Below, in pieces: positions 1 to 13,715 of a DNA stretch of 64,000 bases (positions are counted from its first letter, which is position 1; every line of letters starts with the position of its first letter). A program made the translations under genes and the position numbers. This DNA comes from Balanoglossus misakiensis. Taxonomy: Eukaryota > Animalia > Hemichordata. Where the stretch lies: the NCBI GenBank assembly GCA_040954595.2, contig CM082586.2, positions 11,935,337 to 11,999,336 of the forward strand. Direction: 5' to 3'. The notes beneath the pieces were generated by a model. The model saw nothing but the letters and a program-made list of their open reading frames with translations. It did no database searches and was not told the DNA's origin.

Positions 1-2239
1 TATCCTGTTATGTGACCTTTCTTTGAATACCATTTATGATGTAAGAAATTACATTATTTGCAATATTAATCTATCCCATACAAAATTCCAGCATAACTCT
101 TTCCATATTTGTTTTCATTCTGTGACTGTTCCACTTAAATCTTGTAGAGAATTCGTTATTCCAAAACAAAGCCTTGAAACTATACATATCCTGTTATGTT
201 ACCTTTCTTTGAATACCATTTATGATGTAACAAATTACATTATTGCAATATTAATTCATCCCTTACAACATCTCAGCATAACTCTTTCCATATTTGTTTT
301 CATTTTGTGACTGTTCCACTTAAATCTTGGAAAGAATTTGGTATTTCAACACAAAGCCTTGAAACTATACATATCCTGTTACGTGACCTTTCTTTGAATT
401 CCATTTATGATGTAAGAAATTAAATTCTTTGCAACATTAATCTATCCCTTACAACATTCCAGCATAACTCTTTCCATATTTGTTTTAATTCTGTGACTGT
501 TCCACTTAAATCTTGGAGAGAATTCGGTATTTCAACACAAACCCTTGAAACTATACATAAGTCTTTTTAGTAAAGCATGGCCTGTTATGTGACCATTCTT
601 TGAATTCTATTTATGATGTAAGAAATTTATTTTTTTGCAATATTGATCTATCCCTTACAACATTCCAGCATAACTATTTCAATATTTGTTTTCATTCTGT
701 AACTGTTCCACTTAAATCTTGGAGAGAATTCGGAATTTCAACACAAACCCTTGAAACTATACAGAAGTTTTTTAGTAAAACATGGCCCGTTATGTGACCA
801 TTCTTTGAATTCCATTTATGATGTAAGAAATTAAATTATTTGCAATATTAATCTATCCCTTACAACATTCCGGCATAACTCTTTCCATATTTGTTTTCAT
901 TCTGTGACTGTTCCACTTAAATCTTGTAGAGAATTCGTTATTCCAAAACAAAGCCTTGAAAATATACATATCCTGTTATGTGACCTTTCTTTGAATACCA
1001 TTTATGATGTAAGAAATTACATTATTTGCAATATTAATCTATCCCTTATAACATTCCAGCAAAACTCTTTCCATATTTGTTTTCATTTTGTGACTGTTGC
1101 ACTTAATTCTTGTAGTGAATTCGTTATTCCAAAACAAAGCCTTGAAACTATACATATCCTGTTACGTGACCTTTCTTTGAATACCATTTATGATGTAAGA
1201 AATTACATTATTTGCAATATTAATCTATCCCTTACAACATCTCAGCATAACTCTTTCCACATTTGTTTTCATATCCTGTTACGTGACCTTTCTTTGAATA
1301 CCATTTATGATGTAAGAAATTACATTATTTGCAATATTAATCTATCCCATACAACATTCCAGCATAACTCTTTCCATATTTGTTTTCATTCTGTGACTGT
1401 TCCACTTAAATCTAGTAGAGAATTCGTTATTCCAAAACAAAGCCTTGAAACTATACATATCCTGTTATGTGACCTTTCTTTGAATACCATTTATGATGTA
1501 AGAAATTACATTATTTGCAATATTAATCTATCCCTTACAACATTCCAGCAAAAATCTTTCCATATTTGTTTTCATTTTGTGACTGTTGCACTTAATTCTT
1601 GTAGTGAATTCGTTATTCCAAAACAAAGCCTTGAAACTATACATATCCTGTTACGTGACCTTTCTTTGAATACCATTTATGATGTAACAAATTACATTAT
1701 TTGCAATATTAATCTATCCCTTACAACATCTCAGCATAACTCTTTCCATATTTGTTTTCATTTTGTGACTGTTCCACTTAAATCTTGGAAAGAATTTGGT
1801 ATTTCAACACAAAGCCTTGAAACTATACATATCCTGTTACGTGACCTTTCTTTGAATACCATTTATGATGTAAGAAATTACATTATTTGCAATATTAATC
1901 TATCCCATACAACATTCCAGCATAACTCTTTCCATATTTGTTTTCATTCTGTGACTGTTCCACTTAAATCTTGTAGAGAATTCGTTATTCCAAAACAAAG
2001 CCTTGAAACTATACATATCCTCCTATGTGACCTTTCTTTGAATACCATTTATGATGTAAGAAATTACATTATTTGCAATATTAATCTATCCCTTACAACA
2101 TTCCAGCATAACTCTTTCCATATTTGTTTTCATTCTGTGTGACTGCTCCACTTAAATCTTGTAGAGAATTCGTTATTCGAAAACAAAGCCTTGAAACTAT
2201 ACATATCCTGTTACGTGACCTTTCTTTGAATACCATTTA
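1..2239 (+). repeat. Satellite A tandem array, 186-bp monomer (some ~207-bp variants), runs off the window start
   Basis: TATCCTGTTA(T/C)GTGACC... recurs at 1, 187, ~372, ~970, 1155, 1457, 1644, 1829, 2015; the 62-aa periodicity of ORF 904..2142 equals 186 bp; the array stops at CCATTTA|GGGACC. Confidence 0.97.
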
Positions 2240-3286
2240 GGGACCGTTCAGTTTTTACGGCAGGGGGGGGGTGTGGCAAGTTTGAGTCATCGGTTCTCAA
2301 AATCAGGCCAACCCCCCCCCCCTTCACCCAGGACCAAAAAATGATGACCCCCCCTTTGCCAGACCCAAAAATATGATGAACCCCCCCCCCCCCCACGCCC
2401 AAAATATTCGCCGTTCTGATCCTATGTACACTGTATGCAATAAAGGGAATGAGGCTCCTCACACCTCAATTATATATTTCTTAAAGTATTATTGAAGTAT
2501 ATAATAGTATATCGTTGCAATAAAGAAATCTATGAACAAAAGAAAATGACAAGTCAATACAATAGTTGCTGGAATCGGTAAAACAAGAAAAGTGGTAGGG
2601 GTGGGCGTAAGAAAATTTTGTAAAATACGGTGCTCAAAGTTGCAATTTAATGAACTCAAAAGCAAATTAACTCAATGTTAGGGAGGACAAATTTTAATTT
2701 TGCCACTCCACTCAAAGTAAGCATCGAGGTGGGGTGGCAAGAAGTCTTCCCTGGTACACTAGACAAACCAGTGAATAAATGCAATGTGGCCTTGAATGTT
2801 TGGGAGAATTTTACTTTTTGCCACTCCACTCAAAGTTAGAAGATTTGGCGTCATCTTGTCATGACATCATTTATAAAACTTCTAGTATATAGAAGATGCA
2901 GCGCGAAACTATCAGTTATGCAAAATGGTTTAAACAATTATTCTCCTTTATGTATTCACTTTGTTAAATATTATCATCGGTGGGGTTGGGGTGGCAAGCA
3001 CTCTGCCCTGGTACACTAGACAAACCAGCAAAAAATGAAATGTGGCGGAGAATGAAGGGGGTGGGTGTCCCCCTCCCACATTAGAAAATTTTGTAAAATA
3101 AAGGGTGCGAAACTGCAATTTTGTGGACTCAAAAGCAAAAGTTCGGTGGCAAAAGTATGTGACCCCCCCCCCTAAACGTTGAAAAAATCCAGATGACCCC
3201 CCCTTGTGGACTTCAAAATTTAAGTGACCCCCCCCCCTGGATTTTGCCGCCCCCCCCCCCCCCGGCCGTAAAAACTGAACGGTCCC
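2240..3286. mobile_element. PIF/Harbinger-like MITE
   Basis: TIR GGGACCGTTCAGTTTTTACGGC / GCCGTAAAAACTGAACGGTCCC, flanked by TTA on both sides; subterminal G/C runs. Confidence 0.85.
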
Positions 3287-3542
3287 TTAGCTGGTGTCAT
3301 CTGACAGATGCATCCTCACTCACACAATCTAGGTACGTCAACACACAAAAATATAAATATGTTTTACCAATGGCACTCCACTCCACTCCACTCCAGGTAA
3401 GAGGTTAGAGGGCAGGAGACCATTTGCCTGACATCATATGGCTACCTGGGTTTAACTATAACATTGTCCGAGACGTGCCACTGGAGGACAATACCGAAGC
3501 ATACGATGTACTAGGACATGAATCCCAGTATTTTGTGAATAA

Positions 3543-4091
3543 CAGTAGAGAGGTTTAGTTACACGTAAATACGTTCGATCAGCACGTGTAGCGTCGTTGT
3601 CATGTGATAAAGATACATTGCGTATGTGTAGAGCAGACGTTCGGTACGGCAAGCGACGCTTCTACGCGTAATCATGATTTTTCGATATTCTCTCTCTAAT
3701 TTGAGGGATTGATCTCTGAAAGTGCAATTGTGATGTAGCCAGCATCCATGTAATCTGAAAGATTTCTGCCATATGTGCTAAAACCGGCAGTATTTGGCGT
3801 TTTAAAAACATGAACACAAAATTTATTCCCATGATAAGTTTTCAGTGGACGCCTCGATTAAGACATCGGAAAACTTTACTAAAGTATATTTCCACTGCAG
3901 TCAAGAAACCTATTGCAAGGGTGGTGATCTTAGAGAATATTCATAACACACAAAATTTTAAGTGAAAAAAATTTGAATTTTCTATTAATACTCAAAACGG
4001 ACAACTAAACTGCAAAACACCTATGCGAATGCCACTGCTGCCATCAGACGTACGCATATTTACGTGTAAGTGTAACTAAACCTCTCTATTG
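3543..4091. mobile_element. MITE with CA(G/A)TAGAGAGGTTTAGTTACAC TIRs (mirror at 61367..61914)
   Basis: Inverted terminal match of ~22 bp; flanks GTGAATAA / GCAAATAA could be a degenerate 8-bp TSD. Superfamily uncertain. Confidence 0.7.
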
Positions 4092-4324
4092 GCAAATAAG
4101 CTGAAATTGTTCTAGTGGCCCATATTTATTCAAAGGAAAGAACATTTCTAAGTTCACAAATGAGCACAAAGGACTGTGAACGAGACTGCAGACAGTCCCA
4201 ATGAAGACATGACTTAGTCCCAATTTGCAAGCTGAGATGCAACTGACTTCTGCATGGGTAACTTAGCTCTGGGGATGTCCTGTGTGATTTCAAGCAATTG
4301 ATGACGAAATTTAACACAGTTTTA

Positions 4325-6000
4325 TATGGCAAGCCAAGTGTTGCAAAATTCAATAAAACCATTTGTGTGTCCATGAAAACCATGTTTGTGTTCATAAAAA
4401 AAGCATGTTTGTGTTCATAAAAAAACATGTTTGTGTCAAAAACGAATAGTACATTTTTGTGTTCATGAACACCATTTGTCACAAGATGGCGCTCTGCAAT
4501 GCCCTTTGCCTATAATGCATAGTGGTGGCGGGGCCCCTTTAGGAAGGGGTCACATGGACCCCAACATCCTGAGGACTGTGTCTGTATCATAAAGAAAACA
4601 TGGCTTATGATTTGAAATGTTACCAATCCTTTCTTAAAGTTAACCATATATATTCTGTGTCCACTCATTGGATAAACAAAATTTGAGATTGACTTCAAGG
4701 GGATACCAGTTAGATCACACTTCCAAGCAATGGGTATAGGGCTTTGTTGTATCAGTGACATGGCTAGGCGTTGGCAAAGTGGACAATATAAGGGTACATA
4801 TTACTAAGAATGCTGAGTAATTACAGAGGTACACTTACATAAAATGTAGCAAAAACATGAAAACTGTAATTATAAATAACCCTCTGTACAGTAGCATGGT
4901 CTGAATTTTATCTATTATTAATACATGTACATATTTAGCCCCATAGCCCCATGCAATGATGGGGATAGGGGACTTTTGGAGAGAAAAATGCTGGCAGATG
5001 GTATAGAGGAAAACAATTTCTGCAATATTAATGACTTGAGAAAAATATGTTCAAACACAGATTGTAAAACAAAAGAAGTGAAGGAGTGGGTGTGGGAAGG
5101 GGTGTACAATACGGAGCTCAAAGTTGTATTTTAAGGAACTCAAAAACAAATCAACTCAATGTTAGAATCCGTGGGGGTGCGGTGGCAAGTACTCTGCCCT
5201 GGTACGCTAGATAACCCAGCTAATAAATGAAATGTGGTGGAGAATGAAGGAGGAGGGTATAGAAAAATCTGTAAAATAAAGGGCTCGAAACTGCATTTTT
5301 GTGGACTCAAAACCAAAGGGGGCAAAAGCATGTGACCCCCAAACGTTTAAAAAAAACATGAGCCCCCACCCTATTGGATGTCAAAATTTATGTGACCCCG
5401 CTAGGATTTTGCTGACCCCCCCCCTAAAAACTATACGGTCCCTAAGCACAGGCTCTGCTGTAGTCAGAGATGCATGTGGCCATAAGCACAGGCTTGTATA
5501 AATAATATATCAATTGCACCAGGAAATTGGCTTAGTAGAGTGGTTTGGCACAGTAACCCACCTTGCTGCACTTATGTAGCCCAACAACTCCCCTTGACAA
5601 CAATTTCTATAAACCAGCATTTTTACTCTAGCCACTATAAACGATCCTGAATGTTTACTCAAATGCCTTATCCAATTTCGGACAACTCTCAGTTTTGGCT
5701 AAAAAACAAATGTTTCCTGCTTAAAGACGAATGCAATTGATCAACCTCTAAATAAAATGTGTGACATTTTTCAACAATAAAACGTATCTGAATCCAAAGG
5801 CAAATCCCACTCAGCATCGTCTGCTGGAAATATTGCAGAGCGCCAGCTAGAGTCAAAAAGGTGTATGCTTGAAATATTGCAGAGCGCCATCTAGTGTTGA
5901 AAAAGTGTATCAACATAAACATGGTTTTATTGAACACAAACATGGTCTTCATGAACACAAAAATGGTTTTATTGAAATTTGCAACACTTGGCTTGCCATA
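4325..6000. mobile_element. Non-autonomous IS3EU-like element (mirror at 59501..61133), with a nested Harbinger-MITE fragment ending at 5442
   Basis: TATGGCAAGCCAAGTGTTGCAAA... TIRs (>100 bp with subrepeats); 6-bp flanks GTTTTA / GTTTTG; TAY..RTA termini with a 6-bp TSD fit IS3EU. Confidence 0.7.
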
Positions 6001-6160
6001 GTTTTGCTGAGGTAACCATTTAGGTTTCATGACTAAGATTGTTTAACAATCCATAAACTACAAATTTTATCCAATGAATGAATTTCCTTAGAATTTCACA
6101 GCTGTGCGAGATCTTGCAGTTATACAAAAATGTGTATTTTTCTGATGGCAATGCATTTGC

Positions 6161-7525
6161 AACAACAGCCTCTAAACTTTATGGATTGTCTCTCTTCTAC
6201 GAATCATCAATTTGGTTTTTAACCAGAACATTGTACTGATTTAGCCATTTTTGTATTGTAGGAAATTCTGTGTTATTATAAACATCATAACACGCATGTT
6301 TTTGTTACTTTTATGAACGTCTCAAAGTGTTAGACTTTTCAAGATTTTGTTGTTAAATGGAACGGATCTATACTGCACCATTCTAGTCTAAAAAAGATGT
6401 TAAACAGGGCGGAATTTCATCTCCAATTTTTTTCACAGTGTACTTAGATGATTTCAGTAGGAATTTATCAAAACTTCAGTTCAGATGTCTTCTTGGCGAT
6501 TACAGGTTGAAACATTTCGATATAGTTATTTTCTCTACTGGAGCCTACGGTCACCAAATGTTAGTTAATTGCTGTGGTCGTTAAGGCAGTATAAATGCGA
6601 TACTTTTCAATGAGAAAAAGACGGTGTTTATGCTAATTCAACCCAGTGTTAGGTAACTTAAAACAGTTCCAATTTATTTAAATGGTAGACTACTGAGTTA
6701 TGTTAATGTTTACAAATATCTTGGTCATTTAATATCTTGAAACCTTAAAGATAATGAGGATATTCAAGCTCAGAGTTGTTTTTTATACTTTAGGGGGGAA
6801 ACGCTATCCTTTGTGATTATAAATTTGCATCTTTATCGGTCAAATGTCATATATTTAAGCAATAAAACACCCCCAGCCATGGTATACCACGAGATTTTGA
6901 CCAGTTCACGACATGGAGTTGAACTGGTCAAAATCGAGTGGTATACCATGGCTGGGTTTTTTTTATTGCTATTATATTATGCCAGTATATTGAAACTTTG
7001 CATAAAACATTTTAAAAAGGCATTTTCTTTGACTATGATATATGACTGTGGTATATGGCTAATATATCACGGTCACGTGTCGTGTCTCGACCAATCAAAT
7101 AGCGTGATTTACACCATCAATATACTGGTATAATATAATTTCAGTTTTTTGTGACATTCTGTTCAATTCTCATTAGTGGTGTAATTTTTCTATGAAAATG
7201 TTTTATACCGCTAGAACAGCATATTCTCTGATATTTCGTAAATTAACAGGTTTCGAACATAGTCATGTTCAAAGTAATACTTTATTGCTTGATAATCTAA
7301 ATGTTTTAAATCTTGATGAGATACTTAAGGAAAAAAAGTCATATAGTTTAATGAGCAGGTTTCAGCTTTCTAGTACTTTGATCGTGTCTTCTGTACTGCC
7401 CAAGTCTATTTTTTCAAAAATTTTATTATGGAATGTTTGGTGTCAAAGACTATTTTAACTAGAAGTATTTTTTTTCTTGTTTACCTCCTATGGATTATTT
7501 TTTATCTGAAATAAACATTAACAAT
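6161..7525 (+). mobile_element. Degenerate 5'-truncated LINE, reverse-transcriptase remnant (mirror at 57976..59340, -)
   Basis: Motif remnants QFGF, VKQGGISSPIFFTVYLDD and YKYLGHLI with stops/frameshifts; AATAAA and a simple-repeat tail; 11-bp TSD AATG(C/T)ATTTGC at 6150-6160 and 7526-7536. Confidence 0.8.
6852..7138. mobile_element. Non-autonomous Crypton(V)-like element nested in the LINE (mirror at ~58363..58649)
   Basis: TTAAGCAATAA start, internal palindrome CCAGCCATGGTATACCAC...GTGGTATACCATGGCTGG, TATTGCTATTAT and CCAATCA motifs, no TIR/TSD; resembles CryptonV non-autonomous elements. Confidence 0.6.
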
Positions 7526-10500
7526 AATGTATTTGCCTGTAAACAAATATTGACGTCCATTCGTAGCGTTATTTTGTCAGTGAAATGGCTTCATCATTAT
7601 CCATCCAACCAAAGTTGAAACAGAGTTAAATATGCACTGCTTGAAATCATAAAATGTTGTGAAATTGAACCAAAAGTTCGGACAACAGTCAAGTTCTTAT
7701 TGCTATTATTAGAAGCAGACAGTATCAGGGAACAAGAGACATGGGTCTGATTTTCAAGCCGAGTTGGAAATGACTTTGCCTGCCCACGGACCCGCCAATT
7801 TCAGTGAATCTTATCGTATTAAAAACGAATATGGAGAACTGTTCTCTGTGTTTCTATTGTTAGCCTGCATAGCTGCATGCATAGCTGTTGTCATTCTAGT
7901 TTTTTTTTTTCTGTACACCTAAATTTCCTGGGCGATGAGCATGCTGAATTTATCCGTTGCTTCTCACCAGCAGAAGGACCACAAAATGCAGATTTTCATT
8001 TCTACGGCACAAAGGAATTTTATACTTTGCGTTCAAATATAAATCCTGTTAAATTCTTCAATAAATTCTTTATTGAGGATTCAAAAGTATTATGACTGAT
8101 AGTGTCAGTAACTGTATCCCCAAAAAGGATGCTGTCAGTGTGCGTGTGATTGTGATCAATAACATATTTTCAAAATTTGCAGTGTGCCAGTTCAACACAG
8201 TTCGTGAGGCTGGTAAAGCACGTGTGAATTTCAATTCATGACGACAGTGGGCCATGGCTGCCACATTAGCACATGATGGCTTAAATTAAAATGTGATATG
8301 CACTACATTTATTTGAATAACATTAAACCTCTGATATCTACAGAAACAGTACAATTATTGAGGAAAACATGATAAAAAATATGCAAACTTGTACATTCTT
8401 TGTAGTATATATCACTCACATTTTATGTTTTGAACAAATGGCTACACTGTTTGGAATATTTTTATCCATTGTTAAGTTATATCAGCTTGTTTTGGGGATC
8501 TTGAAAATGACATATATTAGGCATAAGAGGCAAAATGTCAGAAACAATTAGGTAATAAGATTGCACATCTCATAGGAGATAATCCATTTAGCAAGTATTA
8601 AGTAAAAATCATTTCACTCTTATCAGGACCATAAATTTTTAAAACATACACACTGGCATGTATACAGTCATAGAGAGGTCAATGTGTATACAATTTTCAG
8701 TGGGGGGGGTTCCTCCTAAATTGCAAAGAACAATGTAAGGGTTATTTCACTTTTTTTATAAAATATTTGTGGTATAAGATAATACATCTAACATAATAAA
8801 AAAATTAAATTGAGCTATGATTTGATTCCATTATAATTTATATGAAGAACATACATGTATCTATTACTTACAACTAAAATTTTAAATTTATCAGTCATGC
8901 ATGTTCTGAGAAAAAGATTTTTTTATCAAAATTCGAAAGCATGTCCCCAAAATGCAACAATTTCAGCTGACTTTTCATATATCACAGTAAGAATTCCCCT
9001 TGAAACTGCAAACAATATTGAAGCAATCACAGAAAATAGCGTCAAGGACAGTTTGTGTTCTCTCAGGGTGTAGTGGATGATGAGCAGCATGTTTGGAGAA
9101 CAGTGGTTTGGTATATAGTTGAAAGGAACAATTTGCAAACACCAAGGTGAAATGCTGAACTTTTTGCTCATGTAATATTGAATGCAGCCTGATAAGGTGG
9201 GTGCTTGGTAGGGGGAAAACCACTAGCAAAGGGCTCTAATAACTGTTTTAAATTTAGTCTTAAAAATGGCCCGCACACACAAATGGCTTCGTTTGTACCT
9301 TATGTTATACTGATGAAATTCATTGTGTATTGTTATATCAAATTGCACCAGTGCAAGCTATGAGAAATGTGTTTTGAAAAAAAACAGTGCAAGTTAAGTA
9401 GAAGTAGTAGTCTAAAAGTGAAAGAAATACATTTTGAAAAAAATATCAGACAGCATTCAAGATCAGCTGAACTGTTTTGATAAAAAATTCTCCATTTTCA
9501 AGTATATAATGTCATGTTCTGACCATAGTAGTGCAGGTTTTAGCAAAAAAATACATGCATTGATCAAACAGAAAGTTCAATCATTTAGTTTCCCCAGTTG
9601 CTGGGAGCGTAGCAGTTGTGAACATAGTATATGAAATGAATTAAAATAGTCATTTGCTCTCTGGTCCATCATTTTCAATAGAAGTGACCTGATTTCACAT
9701 CAATAGTTTACCACCCGTCATTTCCAGCTAATTTCATGTAGTACAAAACTCCTTTACAACATAATGACATTTCTAGAACTTTTTTTGCTGGTTGGGCCCA
9801 CAGACTAACACTAGTGGTTCTATAAAGAAACTTCCATAACAACCTTTACACCTGACGCGTTTCCATTCGAAATATGCAAATAAGGAAAAGACGCATATGC
9901 ATTCTTTGCGTCCCCAGAGACACACGCAGGAAATCAAGCGAGTGCGACCACTAGCTGGAAGAGCTGAATTCAATGCATTGCCTTGCGATGTTCATGATAC
10001 AGGGGGGGGGGGGGGGGGTGATGATCAATGAACAGAACAACCGTCCACTTTCATGCGTTGTAGTGCACTGATCATGGCATGTTGATCATGGCAAAACAAA
10101 CAACGATGTAAGATAGCAGTGCTTTGCAAGTTTGGCTAATATGTATGAAAATCGGCTCGCAACTTTTTTCTTGCATTTGTGATTTGGCGTGGGGGTAGCG
10201 AAAACACTACTGGCTAATCCGTTCCGATTTCTGTCACTTTTCCAATTCTTTCTCAACACCTCAAAGCTACACACCACCGCCAAAAACATAAAGCTACACA
10301 CCCCTACCAGAAAATGGTATGCATTCTTGACAGGTTGTTGACGGAAGGAAGTAGTAGCTCATACGGTTTTACCCAATTCGATAGTCTCCTCTTTACACTT
10401 CGGAGCCAAAAATGGCAAAATTTGCCAAAAAAAAAATCAACACTTTCATCATAGGGTTTTGCTTAAAAGTCTTGAAAACACACCTAGGAACCTGGAAACC

Positions 10501-11307
10501 AAATTTCAAAAAAATATGGGCAAAGGTTTCAGAGTATTTGACCAAAAGGCAAAAATCGCTCCAAAAGTATACATTAAAAAATGAAAATAATCTGTATAAG
10601 GTCTCAATAAAATACAATGTACACACCAATTTCTAAAGCAATCTGACCAGCACCTTCTTGTGTTTCAGAGTTTTGACCAATTTCACTTGGGTCCCCCAAT
10701 GGTATACGAAATGGGACCCAAAGAGGAAAAACACATATCAAAGATTTTAAAACTACAGCCTCACAAGCTGCCAAATTTTACAAATCTCTTTCCTCTGTAA
10801 AATATTTCCCACTGAGCCATATTGCTTGTATGTGCATGGGTTTGTCATCTTTTGCCGATGCATACCACAATAGTTGTGTACCCTTCATATGGGGGTTGAT
10901 TAATATCTAACTTACTTACATACAGCCACATTCATTTGTCAATAACATGTTCATGTTTATATATCAGTAAGCCTATTTAGATGGATCAATCTAAGATCAA
11001 AAGTTAAACCATGAAAATAATGAAAGATTGGCAACTTTGAGTTTGAGTCTAAAGATATAATGATGACATTTAAGGTTTTATTGAAATAACATGAGAACCT
11101 CTCTACTATTTGAAGCACTTAAGTTTAAAATGAAAAACTTCCTTCTACCCCTCAAAGTTTTTTTCAAGAATATGTTCTACTCTGGGACAACAATTCTCGA
11201 CCCCTTTACCAAATGTCAGGGACCAGATTTCTGTAAGCAAAATTACAAATGACCTTGCGGTGACTTTTTACCTACACTCCCATATTGGGTAGTATGAAAG
11301 ACCGAAT

Positions 11308-12508
11308 GGCTTACCAGAAGGGTTAGAGATACAGTGTTTCATATTAACATGAATTAACATGAAACTAGAATTTGATGGTTAATTTAGGACTGCCTTGATC
11401 TATGGTAACATCATTAAATATGTGCATATCTAATTCTGGGCTATCCAGTTGAGGTAGATCCCTAGACATGGACAACTTTGGCGTCAAAAGTTGTCGACAA
11501 AATTTTGGGTGATCTGGGTAAACTTTGACATACATTCCCATATCTTGGCATCCAAAGCTGATACATCCTTGACATTTGGAGTGATGGAACTATGTAATTG
11601 AGTATTATGTCTCTTTTAGTCACAGTGCTTTTGCTGTGTTTTATATGTCTTTTATTAAGCCACATTAGATGTTTTTTCATACCACTATGGCTGTGTTTGC
11701 CAGTACTTTTTACCTGGTCACACAATGTGTTCTCAAAATACTATGCAATCTTTATGAAGCATATACAGCAGACAAAGTTGTGGTAAGACTGAACTTGCCC
11801 TTCTTTGTAATTAAAGCATGACTGGCCTGTCTTAGGTGGCCCCTACCTAGAGGCTTTACCCGTCATTGGCTCACAGTCTGAGAAATCAGCTCTGCAGGGA
11901 AGTTAACGATGTAACCCACCATTCAAGCTATTTCCGCTTTCTTTTTATTTGAAACCTGGCTGAGGCCTTCTTAGGATCTACCCAACGCTGAGTAGGCTAT
12001 CCCGTCATTGGCACACAGTCTCAGGGAAGGGAAGTAAACAGTTCAGTCTACCATGCAAGCCTTTATATTCTCCATCCTTTCGTAAGTGAAACATGGCTGC
12101 TGTAGAAAAATGCTGATCTCAAATTCATTATGTCAAACAAAAGCCAGACTTTCAGCCATATTGGTTAGCCTGGCATTAGGTATGCACAAAATTAATGAGG
12201 TAAGACATAATAGTCCATTACATAGTTCCATCAGTCCAAGTGTCAAGGATATATCTGCTCCGGATCCCAAAATATAGGAATGTAGGGCAAAGTTTACCCA
12301 AGATTACCCAAAAGTGTGTCAAAAGATTTTGACCCCAAAGTTGGCCATGTCCAGGTTTCTACCTCCAATGGATAGCCTAGAATTAGATATGCACACATTT
12401 AATGAGGTCACCATAGATCAAGGGAGTCCTAAATTAACCATCAAATTCTAGTTTCATATTAATGCATGTTAATATAAAATACTTTATCTCTAACCCTACT
12501 GGTGAGCC
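11308..12508. mobile_element. Old long-TIR (~290 bp) non-autonomous DNA element (mirror at 52996..54196)
   Basis: GGCTTACCAGAAGGGTTAGAGATA... versus ...TATCTCTAACCCTACTGGTGAGCC, a diverged inverted match of several hundred bp; TSD not resolved. Confidence 0.7.
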
Positions 12509-13176
12509 TAGAATTTGGTAGATATTCAAGTGGAAGTTTTTGACAAGATAGTTAAGTTGTAAGATATGTACATGAACCTTGACAATTGACTTAAAATAAC
12601 ATAATGGCATAATTAATACTGATTGGCAATAGATACTAATAACAACAGTGATGTTAATTACAGTGGGAATATTTATCTTATTATAGCTAATCGACTGATT
12701 GATGTAATGTAATGAAAGTGGCTATTTGTGATTCACCATCACAGTGCTATGCAAGTCTATGGTACATTGTTTTTCCAATGATTATACAAAGGATATGTGT
12801 AATTAAGGCTGGTAGCATTTTCAATGTTATAAGCCCTGCCTTCACTATAATCTATTTTTTTTATCTTACACTTAATCAACACTGTTCAGTTTATGTGATT
12901 GACTTCAAAGGGACACTACTTACATCACTATTCCCAGCTAGGGGTTCCAGTTTATTTGGCCAATGGTATGCATGGCTCTAGGTGTTAGTTTTGGAAGCAA
13001 AGCATACAGATATAGACTAGGTAGTTCTGAATGTGACCATGGACTGTACCACACACTCTGTATTGTATGTTTGTGAAGAATCTCATTTAACCCAAACATC
13101 AACATATTTCAAAGTTGCCAGAAGTAGAACATACAGGATTTACCAGTAAATATTGGTCACGTTATAACACACTGTG

Positions 13177-13715
13177 GACCCATCTGGGGATTACGCAAAA
13201 TCAGGTGTGTACACGAAAAAAAAAATCACAAGTGACATTGGCAAGCAGATATGACCTACTGTAATAAAATTTCAAAGGAATCTGACAAGTATTTTCAGCG
13301 AAAATAATATGTGTTCAACAATGACAAAAACTGCCTCAAACCACAAAAATTCAATATCAACAAATTGTACAATATCTTACTTCAATCACCACAAGGAACA
13401 AGTGGTTTCAAAGAATATAAATTGCAAAAATTGCTTCAAGACCACAAATGTACAAATTTCACCAAAATGATGCAACATTACGAGGGTTACCACTTGGAAC
13501 AAGAATACCAAAATTTAAAAGCAATCTGACAGGAAGTCTCAGAGAAACTGATTTTTGACCAAAAATGGCAAAAATCGCGTCAAGGACATGGTGGTCCCAT
13601 TGAGTGATTACACAAGAAAAAGTCTACACCAGAGTACATGGCCATATACAGACAGACACACACACATAGCGAGAGATCAATGGGCAAGCACTGACTAACC
13701 CATAAGCTGCCAATG
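13177..13715 (+). mobile_element. Helitron/Helentron-associated (HINE-like) remnant (mirror at ~51790..52327); related fragment at ~10400..10700
   Basis: CCAAAAATGGCAAAA and AAAGCAATCTGAC motifs shared with 10400-10680; ACAG/AC microsatellite near the 3' end. Boundaries approximate. Confidence 0.4.

Noticed and set aside
904-2142. 412-aa ORF with a 62-aa repeat
   Set aside because: A by-product of a 186-bp monomer with one stop-free frame. It has a non-ATG start, and neighbouring monomers have frameshifts and stops.
10002-10018. Homopolymer length differences between arms and G-quadruplex-prone MITE ends
   Set aside because: Could be sequencing error or slippage; the G/C runs are intrinsic to these MITE families.
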